Counted from the stretch's first letter, positions 27,798 to 39,908 are shown. The stretch: DNA of 64,000 nt from Octopus sinensis (GCF_006345805.1 NC_043003.1:5146001-5210000); one strand, 5' to 3'. Translations and numbers: made by a program. The notes: generated by a model not told the origin, from the letters alone.

Positions 27798-28604
27798 TAA
27801 TAATATTTTTTTTAAATAGACATTTTCTAGCAGAAAAGGTAATAAATAGCAAACTAGACAAAATGAAGGGGAAATGATGAAGAAAAGATGCAGAAAAGAC
27901 GAGACGAACACACACACCAAAACTATGTGAAAAAGGAAAAGAAAAAAAAAAAAACTGCACGTATTTCTAATTTCTCGCCTGACATTTTCTATTCCATTCT
28001 CGTTGAAGTGATCAATTTGGGAACAGAACATATATTAATCGCTGGACTCAGGCCTAATTTGACGCCCAGGCTTGTTAATTAGAACTGGCAATTGCAAGTT
28101 ACCGCTCAAAAATCGATTGTAATATGTACGTATCGACATGTGTGTGTGCCTACACAAACACACGCACATGTATACATATATATATATTTTTGTATACATA
28201 GATACGTATGTGGTTGTTAGTGTATATTTATATCTATATATGTATGTATTTGTATATGTGTACGTATATATATGTGTATGTATGTATATATGTATGTATG
28301 TACATATATTACGTATATATGTGAGTAAACGTGTAGTTGTGTGTGTATAGTATTTGTGTGTATATGCGTGTGCCTCTACACCTCTCTGTATATTTTGGAC
28401 TCAAACACAGAGATATACGAGTGTGTTTTGTGCAACGACGAATATAGAACAGGAAAAGAAGAGGAGGAAAGAAAAGGAAACTGACAAAGAAATATATACT
28501 TGGAACTACTCTGAGTCTCTTTCTATCTGTTTCTCTCTCTGTACACACATAATTGTACACACACACACACACACAAATTATATATATATATATACATATA
28601 TATA

Positions 28605-28817
28605 TAACGGGAAGCTTTATGAAAATAAACAAAAGACGAAGGCAGGTGGAAAACAAACGAACAATTGTATTAGTATGGCGCTCAGGAAATATAAATAAAA
28701 CAAGTCTTTAACGTTTCGAGCCTACGCTCTTCAACAGAAAGATACACAGAGAGAGAAAAACACAGAAAGAAGGAGAGAAAAAAAATGCGTGCAGTAGCTA
28801 ACGAATCAACATGGCGA
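28605..28817 (-). mobile_element. PLE pLTR-like repeat family A
   Basis: Homologous to 25909-26118; hammerhead-like motif 28705-28742 with GUU triplet; (TA)n on both sides. Confidence 0.8.
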
Positions 28818-28840
28818 TCTCATATATATATATATATATA

Positions 28841-29050
28841 TACTCTTTACTCTTTTACTTGTTTCAGTCATTTGTCTGTGGCCATGCTGGAGCACCGCCT
28901 TTAGTCGAGCAAATCGACCCCGGGACTTATTCTTTGTAAGCCCAGTACTTGTTCTATCGGTCTCTGTTGCCGAACCGCTAAGTGACGGGGACGTAAACAC
29001 ACCAGCATCGGTTGTCAAGCAATGCTAGGGGGACAAACACACACACACAA

Positions 29051-29093
<43 letters not shown>

Positions 29094-29260
29094 TACGACA
29101 GGCTTCTTTCAGTTTCCGTCTACCAAATCCACTCACAAGGCATTGGTCGGCCCGAGGCTATAGCAGAAGAGACTTGCCCAAGATGCCACGCAGTGGGACT
29201 GAACCCGGAACCATGTGGTTGGTAAGCAAGCTATTTACCACACAGCCACTTCTGCACCTA
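28841..29260 (-). mobile_element. tRNA-derived SINE family A, full length
   Basis: Reverse complement of the 61893-62314 type: tRNA-like head, internal (AT/AC)n, AAGAGTA tail. Confidence 0.9.
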
Positions 29261-30208
29261 TATATATATAGATAGATATAGATATAGATATATGTGTGTG
29301 TGAGTGTGTGCGTACATGCATGTATGTATGTTTGTGTGTATGTCCATATATATATATGTATATGAATGCGTGTATGTATGTGTGTATATTGTGTGTCAGT
29401 GATAGCATTGTGTTTTTGAAGTCGTAATTAGTTTGTGTCGTAAGTGTATGAAGTAGAGTTGATTCGCGGCCACCGAGAGGAATGCGGAAGGGAACATCGC
29501 TAGGAGAGGTATAAATAGCTTTGGAAAATAAATAAATGACACGTAAGAAGAGAATAATTAAGGGTGAGAAAAATGTAGAGAGAGTGAGATGACTGTTTGA
29601 GAGAGGGCGGAGGCGGAGAGTACAAATGATGCGAAAATTTTGAACATACCTTCGTATGTATATGTATATATGTATGTATGTATGTGTGCGCGCGCATGTG
29701 TGCGTGTTCTATTTGAAATAGCTGCAAAATTGAGTGCAAGGCTGTTAAACGCGAAACAGCCGAAACATTTAAACGGAAAAAAATTAAATATAAACATAAA
29801 AATAAACAGAATTTCTGAAACGAGTTCTGCTTTTTACAAGCGCTTGACATTCATAAATAGGTTTCACTTTCTCATTCGGCAAAAGATCAATGGCGGTTAG
29901 TATTTTTGAAAGATATTTGTTTGTTGTTTTCTGAAGCCTGAAGAATAAAATTCCACCAAATGTTAAAGAAGATGTATTATGGCCTCCGTTGTTGCTTAAG
30001 TACAAGTCAAGCTCGATGATGCGTATTAATGATCAATGCGTCTCCAATGGATCTTCCACTTATTTTGTATATCAAGCACCACATTTGTTTAACACACCCT
30101 TCGTTTCCAGATGTGTCTGAGGTATATTCAACTGCTATTTCTAAACCTTAGACTATATGACACATTAACGTAAATATTCGGCTTAATTTCTAGCATTTCA
30201 TCAATATA

Positions 30209-30617
30209 GACGTAGGAGTGGCTGTGTCGTAAGTAGCTTGCTGACGAACCACATGGTTCCGGGTTCAGTCCCACTGCGTGGCAACTTGGGCAAGTGTTTT
30301 CTACTATAGCCTCGGGCCGACCAAGACCTTGTGAATGGATTTGGTTGACGGAAACTGAAAGAAGCCCGTCGTATATATGTATATATGTATGTGTGTATGT
30401 GTGTATGTGTTTATGTTTGTGTGTGTGTTTGTCCCCCCAACATCGCTTGACAACCGATGCTGGTGTGTTTACGTCCCCGTAACTTAGCGGCTCGGCAAAA
30501 GAAACCGATAGAATAAGTACTAGGCTTCCAAAGAATAAGTCCCGGGGTCGAATTGCTCGACTAAAGGCGATTCTCCAGCATGCCCGCAGTCAAATGACTG
30601 AAACAAGTAAAAGAGTA
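30209..30617 (+). mobile_element. tRNA-derived SINE family A, full length
   Basis: GTAGGAGTGGCTGTGTCGTAAG (A box), GGTTCAGTCCC (B-box-like), tail AAACAAGTAAAAGAGTA. Confidence 0.9.
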
Positions 30618-30679
30618 TAGCTTTCCCAAATGAGAGTTCGATATTGAATTAGAAATAACGACTATATTTTTCATTCCCC

Positions 30680-31030
30680 AGGTTCTTACGCTCAGCTTTT
30701 AAAGCCATGTTTGCAAAAATATGTCGCATATCAGACGGAGAGCAACAAAGGCGGCGAATGTTATTGTTCGTTGTATGACTCACGTGTTGCACCATCCGAA
30801 ATAAAGATCTCCACGATACACGAGACTCATTGATCAAAAATATTTTCGAAAAACGCTGGAACAAGTACATTGCGCTCACGATCAAAGCTACAGACCCAAC
30901 TGTTGGACACATGTGCCGTACCAACAAGCCATCGAGATGGGACAACGAAAATCCAGCCCAAAAGAAGCAACCATATTTAAAGAAAGCTTCATGGCTAATG
31001 GCGCACGACATACAGTCAAATTGCAACATG
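30680..31030 (+). mobile_element. Degraded RTE LINE C-terminal relic
   Basis: Across three frames: IFSKNAGTSTL, VGHMCR, EMGQRKSSPKEATIFKESF, colinear with the RTE post-RT region. Confidence 0.45.
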
Positions 31031-31087
31031 TTACAATTCTATATTTAAGAGATAAGGAATTATTTACATTTGATGGATATTTGTCCA

Positions 31088-31327
31088 CGAGTATATGGCA
31101 TAGTGGTTAAGAGCGTGAGCTATTAACCCCAAGATTCCCAGTTCGATTCCAGGCAGTGACCTGAATAATAATAACAACAACAACATTTAAAAATACCTTA
31201 GGAATGAGAACCGGCGTTCGAAATTTCCCCAAGACACCTGATGAAGGCTGGTGGGTATATCAGCCGAAACGTTGTGATAACAACAAACAAGATGAGGACA
31301 AATATCGGTCAATTGTAAATAATGTAC
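31088..31327 (+). mobile_element. tRNA-headed SINE with a hammerhead-containing 3' module (family H)
   Basis: A box TGGCATAGTGG (31096-31106), B box GTTCGATTCC (31141-31150), (AAT/AAC)n spacer, then a hammerhead. Confidence 0.75.
31235..31276 (+). ncRNA. Minimal type I hammerhead ribozyme with palindromic helix III
   Basis: CAC CUGAUGA A GGCUG-10nt-CAGCC GAAA CG UU GUG; all core positions canonical. Confidence 0.75.
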
Positions 31328-31578
31328 TATATATTATTTGAAATAATCACTCTCCCTAGGCACTACTTAAATCGAATGTTAGGCACACAGAGAAAGACTT
31401 TACGCAAACGTAAATTTCGAATCTAATAAATCCTGTCGACCAGAAAGTGCAACGATATTTTGGGTTCATTTTTCCTCTCCGTATTTAGGAGTGTTGTGAT
31501 CCGAAATGGATGTATTATTATTTTAAAGGTAACATTTCAGTTATTACACTTATATCTACGCTCAGTTTCACCCATAAC

Positions 31579-31645
<67 letters not shown>

Positions 31646-31792
31646 TACACACACATGTAAGATACGCATATACATTAAGCGTCAACAAATATTCATTCTA
31701 ATATTTTGTAACTGCCTTTTTGTCTGTGAGTATATTTGTGTGTCTGTCTGTCTATCTATATATCTATACATATACATATATATATTATATAT

Positions 31793-31825
<33 letters not shown>

Positions 31826-33094
31826 TTACACATATATCGATATATACATATAAACCGACATATATATATAATAATATACATATATATTTATTTGTATATG
31901 CATACAAACCTATATTGGTATACAGCTATGCGCGTGTGTGTAGATATATATATCAAAGTTATATATGCACGTATGCTCGTATGATAAAACACAAAACATG
32001 ACAGAGAAGTCTGTTGTAATTCTGATTGTAATTGTAATTGCGTTGAGAATAAAAACTGGTTCTTTGTTCTTCTTCGAGGTTTAATGAAACCAGAACGGAA
32101 ACGCATAAATATATAGTCATGACGAAACTGAATGATGATGATGATGACGAGGAGGAGCAGGAGGAGGAAGAGGAGGAGTGTGGTCATGATGGTGGGCTGT
32201 GGTGGTGATTGTGAGAATCGGATGTGGATGTTAGGAGGAGAAACAACAAAATAAAAACAAAACATAATAATACACTTGATATTGGCCTTCAGAGAATGAT
32301 GAAAAAAAAAAAAAGAAAATGAAAAAAAACAAAAAAACAAAAGCAAACAAGTATATGAAAATGTTGTGGAAATGAGTCTCGTATCGTTTGTCTAAAGCAA
32401 TGATTCTGTGCAGTTTTACCTATGAAAATATTTTAGCAAGCTAATATTTGAAATTATTTATTAATTTCTTCGCAGAGTATTTTATGTTGTATGATATTTG
32501 TTAGTCTTCGGTTTTGTCTTTCGTGATTAACAATTGTTAATATTGATTATATATATGGCTTGGTTTTCTATTTATATTTTCGTTATATCATTTTCTTTGT
32601 GTTTTTGGTTTTGGTTGGCAGCGTGCTTTGTCGTTCCCTCGCCATATATAAAGATAATCTATTCCAGTGATCTTTACAGTGTTACAGTGTTAGTTTAGAA
32701 AAGAAAATCTCCAAGGCTACTGCGAATAACACGAAATGAAACAGTGTGAAAAATATATTAAAACAAACGTGGATAATAAGTGCATATTTCTTGTATGTAT
32801 GTTATGTTTACGAAAGATTTGTTCTCATGTATGGTACACACACGTACACACACATATGACGAGGAACAAAATCATTAAATACAAAACGAAAGAACACAAG
32901 CAAAAATATGCTTTAGTTCATAATCAAAAGTTTTATCGTTTTACTCGGAGAAACAGAGTTATTAAATGCTATGTTTCGCCTGAAGATTACAGTACGGTGA
33001 AACTAGGAACACAACACGATACAAACTTACAATTCCAGTTTCAGTAAAAGCATAGCCTCTGCTACATATAAGTATGTGGGTTCCTAAATTCCTT

Positions 33095-33300
33095 TTGAGT
33101 CAAAACTATTGAAAAGGTTGCAAGACGCAACGAAAATTTTAGGACAATAAAGATAAGAAATAAGTGGAAATTTTACCGGTGAGTGTATTAAATTATAAGG
33201 CACAACAAAAAAATTACTCTCCCCAGACACAACAGAATATGCTTCAATACACGAACTCATATAAAGAATCTTGCAAACCAAATCCCAAAACGAAATATAA
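33095..33300 (+). mobile_element. PLE pLTR-like repeat family D
   Basis: Homologous to 21562-21817 and 35083-35245. Confidence 0.75.
33099..33145 (+). ncRNA. Type I hammerhead ribozyme, U3-A8 covariant core
   Basis: GUC-AAAA-CUA UUGAAAA G GUUGC-AAGAC-GCAAC GAAA AU UU UAG-GAC. Confidence 0.65.
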
Positions 33301-33865
33301 AAAAGTTACTTTTTTCGAAATTAATTTCCTTTCTTCCCTTCCTTTGATGGTACCTCCAAGGAACAGGTAGCGACCGACAATTTGAAGTTTCATTAGGGTC
33401 CTGCTGTTGTTTTCCAAAGAATGCTCTTCTAGCGGAACAGGCCTTCTTTTCCTATGAGAGTCTTGAAATTGCACGAGATTCTTCGTCCAGATTGTTTTGT
33501 TTTCTTGAGTAACACAATCACTTCTCTATGAGACATTATTTTACATACATTGATTTGAAAAACAGTTAATATAGTCAGAGGTTTTAGTGTCACACAAATA
33601 AAAAGAAGAAGAGGATATTTCCTAAAGTAGGACCTAAGTGGTAACAAATTAAAAACGCTGTAACTACTAAATTACTTAAACTTGAAAGCTGAAATTTGAG
33701 ATATACTGCTTCTGCATTGCATTAAATCAGTATACTATGTTTGGTAAAAACTTGAGTAGGCATTATGAACCCCACTAGAATTTTGCATAATTTGAGTCAA
33801 AATTCATAAAAATTTAATAAAATAAAATTAAAAACCTAAAAATACAACAGCTATATATATATAAA

Positions 33866-34055
33866 GAGTCGCCCTGATATATCGTTAGCCACTACACACA
33901 TTTTCCTCTCCTTGTTTTCCCTATGTCTCTTTCTATAGAAGAGCGTAGGCTCGAAACGTAAAAGACTCTTTCTATTCCTGAACGTTATACTAATACATCT
34001 GTTTGCTTTGTACACCACCTGTCTTCGTCTTTTGTTTTTTTCGTAAACTCTCCAT
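33866..34055 (+). mobile_element. PLE pLTR-like repeat family A
   Basis: Hammerhead-like motif 33928-33965 with decayed core CUAUAGA. Confidence 0.8.
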
Positions 34056-34056
34056 A

Positions 34057-34294
34057 TTCTTTCTTTTATTTTCTTTTTCACTTGTTTCAGTCATTTTGAC
34101 TGCGGCCATGCTGGAGCACCGCCTTTAATCGAGCAACTCGACCCCGGGACTTATTCTTTGTAAGCCCAGTACTTATTCTATCGGTCTCTTTTTGCCGAAC
34201 CGCTAAGTGACGGGGACATAAACACACCAGCATCGGTTGTCAAGCAATGCTAGGGGCACAAACACAGACACACAAACATACATGCACACACACT

Positions 34295-34340
<46 letters not shown>

Positions 34341-34392
34341 TACGACAGGCTTCTTTCAGTTTCCGTCTACCAAATCCACTCACAAGGCTTTA
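34057..34392 (-). mobile_element. SINE family A lacking the tRNA head
   Basis: Homology to 28841-29140. Confidence 0.85.
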
Positions 34393-34517
34393 TATATACT
34401 ATTATATAATTCTATCGAAAACTACATTTAACTATCTTCCTCATTAATTGCTTAAGAGATTACATGCATATATGTGTGTGTGTTAGTGTGTGCGTAAATA
34501 CACACACACACACACAC

Positions 34518-34550
<33 letters not shown>

Positions 34551-34660
34551 CACCGTGACCGACCAGGCTATCAGATGTTGCTACACATCGCTGGTCACAA
34601 TGCACTTTGCATTGTTTTAGCCTTCAAAGGACGCCACCCCGCTGGCTAAGCAAGCAGGCC
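34551..34660 (-). mobile_element. SINE family C 3' fragment
   Basis: CACCGTGACCGACCAGGCTATCAGATGTTGCTACACATCGC matches 36187 onward. Confidence 0.75.
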
Positions 34661-34727
<67 letters not shown>

Positions 34728-35082
34728 GAGAGAGAGAGAGAGAGAGAGAGAGATACAGAGAGAGAGAGATATATAGAGAGAGGGGGGAGAGAAAGAGACA
34801 GAGAAAAGGAGTGAAACAGACAGAAGAGAAAGTAAAATAAAGCGCAGCTTCTACTTTTCGTAAACCTTTATTCGGATAACAATATCCATATTTTATCCAG
34901 GGTTTCATTATTAGCATGTACTTAGAACGTTTATAAATATAATTAATTGAAGCAGACCATGAACCAATTAAGGAACAGGTGTTGCTTGTGAATGTTCAAT
35001 AATAGCAAGTAAATAAATTGTTATTCATCCTGTGTGGAGAGAAAATACAGGCAATCTTTTTCTGGTAAAGTATTAGGAGATT

Positions 35083-35245
35083 GTGTCTGGGGAGAGTCAT
35101 TTTCTTTTTGTGCCTTATTACGTAACGCACTGACCGGTAAAATTTCCACGTTTTTCTTATTTTTATTGTCCTAAAATTTTCGTTGCGTCTTGCAACCTTT
35201 TCAATAGTTTTGACTCTTGCAAACCAAATCCAAAAAACGAAATAT
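35083..35245 (-). mobile_element. PLE pLTR-like repeat family D with inverted terminal piece
   Basis: 35083-35216 is the reverse complement of the 33097-33232 region; 35217-35245 is the unit tail in forward orientation. Confidence 0.75.
35168..35214 (-). ncRNA. Type I hammerhead ribozyme, U3-A8 covariant core (second copy)
   Basis: Exact reverse complement of 33099-33145. Confidence 0.65.
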
Positions 35246-35825
35246 TAGGAGATTAAAAACTTGTCAAATCGAACTCATTTCTTCTGGCGGCCACAGAATA
35301 TAAAAAAGTTGTGGTGAAATCACTTCGTTGAACTTTCACAGAGAAACTAAAATATTTTGCTTGTTAATAATAATATAATTTACATTGGAAACTTTTAATG
35401 TAAAGCCATAATATATGACTGAGTACATAGAAAAAGATATTCACATAAACTGATTCACGGAGACATACACATACACACACATATGTAAATAGATCTGTCT
35501 TCTCTGTTTCCATAATGTAATTTCCTGTTAAGTGACGTGTGTGTGGAAGTGTGTGTGTACACTAGTAAAATGCGATTGTTAGTAGCACTAGTTAGCGAGA
35601 TGATTATGTTGAAGATAAAGAGGAATGTGATATCAATTAATATGAGATAGAAATCTCTTTAAAATTATTTAAATAGCGTCAATGTCTGACGAATATTAGA
35701 ACATATCAAACACACAATATACTTTGGTGGTTGTTTAGGCCAGTGTCTGCTTTGATCCAGTAGACACATGGTTAATGTTGTTCTAGCCGTGGCCATCACC
35801 TCTTTCACGATTATAGTACCTAGTC

Positions 35826-35859
<34 letters not shown>

Positions 35860-35865
<6 letters not shown>

Positions 35866-36050
35866 CAACAATTGAGGAACGGCCACAATAGGCCGTTCGA
35901 CCCACTAGAAAGAGCAGCCAGGGCTCCAACCGCAAATAGTAGTAATTCCGAAATTTAGTAGTAAATACTACTATTTGCGGTTGGAGCCCTGGCTGCTCTT
36001 TCTAGTGGGTCGAACGGCCTATTATGGCCGTTCCTCAATTGTTGTTGAAT
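35860..36050. repeat. Long inverted repeat, 85 bp arms, 21 nt spacer
   Basis: 35860-35944 vs 35966-36050, 84/85 complementary. Confidence 0.95.
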
Positions 36051-36177
36051 TTATTTATAGTCTCTGACTATTTCCTCTTTCTCACTAGACCGCTGGTGGC
36101 AAAATAATTTCTATTGAATTATTTGCTACCCTAAATTGATTAATTGATGAAATATATATATATATATATATATATCA

Positions 36178-36489
36178 TCACCGTGATCACCGTGACCGAC
36201 CAGTCTATCAGATGTTGCTACACATCGCTGGTCACAATGCGCTTCGCATTGTTTTAGTCTTCAAATGACGCCATCCCGCTGGCTGAGCGAGCAGGCCAAC
36301 AGAAGAAAGAGTGAGAGTAAGTTGTGGCGAAAGAGTACAGCAGGGATCACCACCACCCTCTGCCGGGGCCTCGTGGAGCTTTAGGTGTTTTCGCTCAATA
36401 AACACTCACAACGCCCGGTCTGGGAATCGAAACCGCGATCCTACGACCGCGAGTCCGCTGCGCTAACTACTGGGCCATTGCACCTCCAC
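36178..36489 (-). mobile_element. tRNA-derived SINE family C, full length
   Basis: Reverse complement starts GTGGAGGTGCAATGGCCCAGTAGTTAG...GGTTTCGATTCCC (A and B boxes). Confidence 0.85.
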
Positions 36490-36636
<147 letters not shown>

Positions 36637-36749
36637 GTGTGTGTGTGTACGTAAGTATGAAGGTGCGCAGCATGGTGGGGCTTGGGTATTTGGTTACGTG
36701 CTAGTACAAATCGTTGTGGCAAGACATTTTATTTCATGTCCACTCCACT

Positions 36750-36910
36750 CAAATGGCAAAAAGGAGTTCAAGAGGCCAGCGTGGTCACGTTGGGTGTATC
36801 ACGCTGAATCTTCATGGAAAGTACGCATGTTTGTGGTGAACTCAGCCACTTGTGCGTTAATTTCACAAGAAGACTCTTCTGTAGACGCGAATCAGCTGGA
36901 AAAAAACGTG
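36750..36910 (+). mobile_element. Degraded fragment of the SINE at 59612-59930
   Basis: CTCAGCCACTTGTGCGTTAATTTCAC vs CTCAGCCACTTGCACGTTAATTTCAC at about 59843. Confidence 0.6.
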
Positions 36911-37110
36911 TACTTACTTGTACTTGTGGCGACATTCACCCTGGGTGGGTTGAGTCGGCTTCTTCTACCATGGAAGAAGTTTCGTGGGAATATGTGGATT
37001 TCACAAGCGGCCCCCAACAAGCCCGCATGTAGAGACATCCTGTTTACCGCAGATTGTCCGCAGACAGAACGACCGAGGAGCCGCCGGTTACCGAAACAGT
37101 ACTCCTAGGA

Positions 37111-37354
37111 TTGTGGCCCTAATACCACTCGGTGTCATACCAATCCGCTTTGGGTGGCCCTACCAGGAACCGAATGTCCCGACGGCATAGATCTGACACT
37201 ACCCGTTGCCAGCGTCCCCAAAGTCCATCCCCTCCTCTCCGTGGTGGGGACGCTGGCAACGAGTAGTGTCAGAGCTATGCCGTCGGGAACTTCGGTTCCT
37301 GGTAGGGCCATCCAAAGCGGATTGGTATGACACCGAGTGGTATTAGGGCCACAA
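37111..37354. repeat. Long inverted repeat, 110 bp arms, 24 nt spacer; RTE-like 5' leader duplicated head-to-head
   Basis: 37111-37220 vs 37245-37354, 105/110 complementary. The sense arm has GTGGTGGGG...GAGCTATGCC...GGTAGGGCC, recalled from RTE-clade 5' ends (family call is less certain than the repeat). Confidence 0.9.
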
Positions 37355-37504
37355 ACCGGCAGACGGGGCTCTAGTGAAAAATCCTCGGAAAAAACCGTGT
37401 CGTCGTAACTGAAGCAATGCCGAGCGATATTTACCGGGTCGTGTACGCTGTTGTGTCGATTCCTTTTCTCAGCTAAAAACAAATCCAGCTTAGTGATGAA
37501 CCCA

Positions 37505-37555
<51 letters not shown>

Positions 37556-37985
37556 GTCTCTCTCTCTCTCCCACCCTCTTCACAACATCACACTACCATA
37601 TCTGAGTCGCACATCAGGATCCGGTTAGGCAGTTGTCTGTGTGTGTATTTGAGAGCAGAATTGTTTCCTGTTATTGTTCATTTCTCAGTAATTCTTTTGC
37701 CTCTCAATTCCTCTTTCTATTCTCTTTCTTGTCTTTGATAAAGGTTAATCACTCAAAACCTCAAATCCTCCCGTTTCTTACGTTGGTGCATTGCACTTCA
37801 TTATCCAATCTTTGTTTGCCGTTTTCTCTTTGTATGTCTACACTTCTCATACATGCCCTTTCATCTGTCTAATTCCACGTGGTATCTCGTTAGCCTCCTT
37901 TTCGCCTGAGATTTTACTCGTGATATTTTTGTGATTTTCGACAAACAGCTACACACGCACATTCATATATGTACACAAACACATA

Positions 37986-38030
<45 letters not shown>

Positions 38031-38169
38031 TTACACACACGTATGTATATACACACACGTATGTATACAAATATTTGTTTGCATTTGTCCATATGCATTA
38101 ATATAGACAACACAAATATATATATATATATATATATATATTATCTAATATATATATATATATATATCC

Positions 38170-38206
<37 letters not shown>

Positions 38207-38452
38207 ATACAGATATATATATTCATATATATATGTTGGTATATATATATGTTGGCATATGAAAAAAAAGAGAGATATTGACCGACAGAAAGATAGATTG
38301 ACAGACTGACTGAGACACATACAGACAGACAGATAAATAGCTATATTGATTGGTAGAGAGATACAGAGATGCATAAATAGATAGGTAGGTAGATAGATCG
38401 ATAGGTATACATACACACACACGCATATATATATTATATATATATATATATA

Positions 38453-38854
38453 GGCGCAGGTGTGGCTGTGTGGTAAGTAGCTTGCTAACCAACCACATGG
38501 ATCTGGGTTCAGTCCCACCGCGTGGCACCTTGGGCAAGTGTCTTCTGCTATAGCCCTGGGCCGACCAATGCCTTGTGAGTGGATTTGGTAGACGGAAACT
38601 GAAAGAAGCCTGTCGTATATATGTATATATATATATATGTGTGCGTGTATGTATGTGTCTGTGTTTGTCCTCCTAGCATTGCTTGATAACCGATGCTGGT
38701 GTGTTTACGTCCCCGTCACTTAGCGGTTCGGCAAAAAGAGACCGATAGAATAAGTACTGGGCTTACAAAGAATAAGTCCCGGGGTCGATTTGCTCGACTA
38801 AAGGCGGTGCTCCAGCATGGCCGCAGTCAAATGACTGAAACAAGTAAAAGAGAG

Positions 38855-38855
<1 letters not shown>
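38453..38855 (+). mobile_element. tRNA-derived SINE family A, full length
   Basis: Homology to 30209-30617 and 61893-62314. Confidence 0.9.
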
Positions 38856-38928
<73 letters not shown>

Positions 38929-39540
38929 ATAGTTTATCCTATAGATACACATACATGAAGCGGCAGTACAGGAGGACAGCTTGGCTTTCTATACCGAAAT
39001 ATGTTGTTGGATATAATATTGTTCCTCTGTCTCTGGACTCTTGGCAGCACTTCTAGTTAAAGCTACCTAACACTCGTCTGAATCTGCTGGAAATAGCAGC
39101 GAAAATTTCTCAAATCATCATCTACCATCTCAGATATGGATCCGCCGGGTAAACTTTTCGTACGTTTTCTGTACACATGAATGAAAGATGGGGGAGTCGA
39201 AGAATACAAGAAACTGTTTCCTTGAATGACCTTTTAGTCATTACACCCCTTTCATGTTGTTCTAAGTAATTCCTTCGAGAATGAATCCAGTTTGAATTAT
39301 TTAAAGTTTTACAGTCAAAGAATTCTTCGCAGTTTATTGTTATTATGTTCCACACCATTATTCTTTAATATGGTTCCCATTTATTATTGTTTATCTCAAT
39401 ATTCCAGTAAATATCAAACTTAGGATTATATTAAACGCTCTTCACGCTATTGAACAGCCTTTACTCTACGATATACACAAAGGTACAAAAATACAAACAG
39501 ACGGCTCAGTTTCTATTTGCCTCTCTCTCTCTCTCTTACA

Positions 39541-39621
<81 letters not shown>

Positions 39622-39689
39622 ATATACATTTTATCCGGATTCTAGTCATGAAAAGTGGAAGACCACGTTTCTTAAACGAAATTTCTATC

Positions 39690-39900
39690 ATAATTTCTTT
39701 CAATTTTTTGCTTTTAAGAAGGCATTGGGTACCTGAATTATTTAGCATTATTGGCCTTCCGCTTAAGAAAGGTTTGCATTGTATGCCTCCGTTGAAATAT
39801 GGTCCAGGTTGTTTCAGCCGTCTCTCTCTCATAATTTCCATATCTGTCTGGCAATAGCTATAACATTGCGGCTCTCAAGTATCCTAAAAAGCTATCTGTG
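39690..39900 (-). mobile_element. RTE LINE 3' relic
   Basis: YLRAAML and IMRERRLK resemble RTE MLRAALN and IRERRLR motifs. Confidence 0.4.
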
Positions 39901-39908
39901 GCACACAT

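Noticed and set aside
29505-29520. TATA-like GGTATAAATAG as a promoter
   Set aside because: No supportable downstream exon or ORF; the motif is common by chance in AT-rich DNA.
30649-31110. Exon-like segment with plausible splice sites on both strands and a 126 aa ORF
   Set aside because: RTE C-terminal motifs are spread colinearly over three plus frames, which fits a frameshifted LINE relic better.
31088-31160. tRNA gene (likewise the heads at 30209, 36410-36489, 38453, 61893, 63154)
   Set aside because: A and B boxes are present but there is no complete cloverleaf, and each runs into a SINE body.
32974-33010. CUGAAGA...GAAACUA hammerhead-like string
   Set aside because: Stem II has only 2 bp and stem I is interrupted; single copy.
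37076-37106. AGGAG...GAAACAGUA-CUCCU as a hammerhead next to the 110 bp hairpin
   Set aside because: A 5 bp stem and GAAA are present but there is no CUGANGA core and too little room for stem II.
36641-37482. 155 aa (+) and 115 aa (-) ORFs
   Set aside because: They run across a SINE relic and the GC-rich inverted repeat; no domain similarity.
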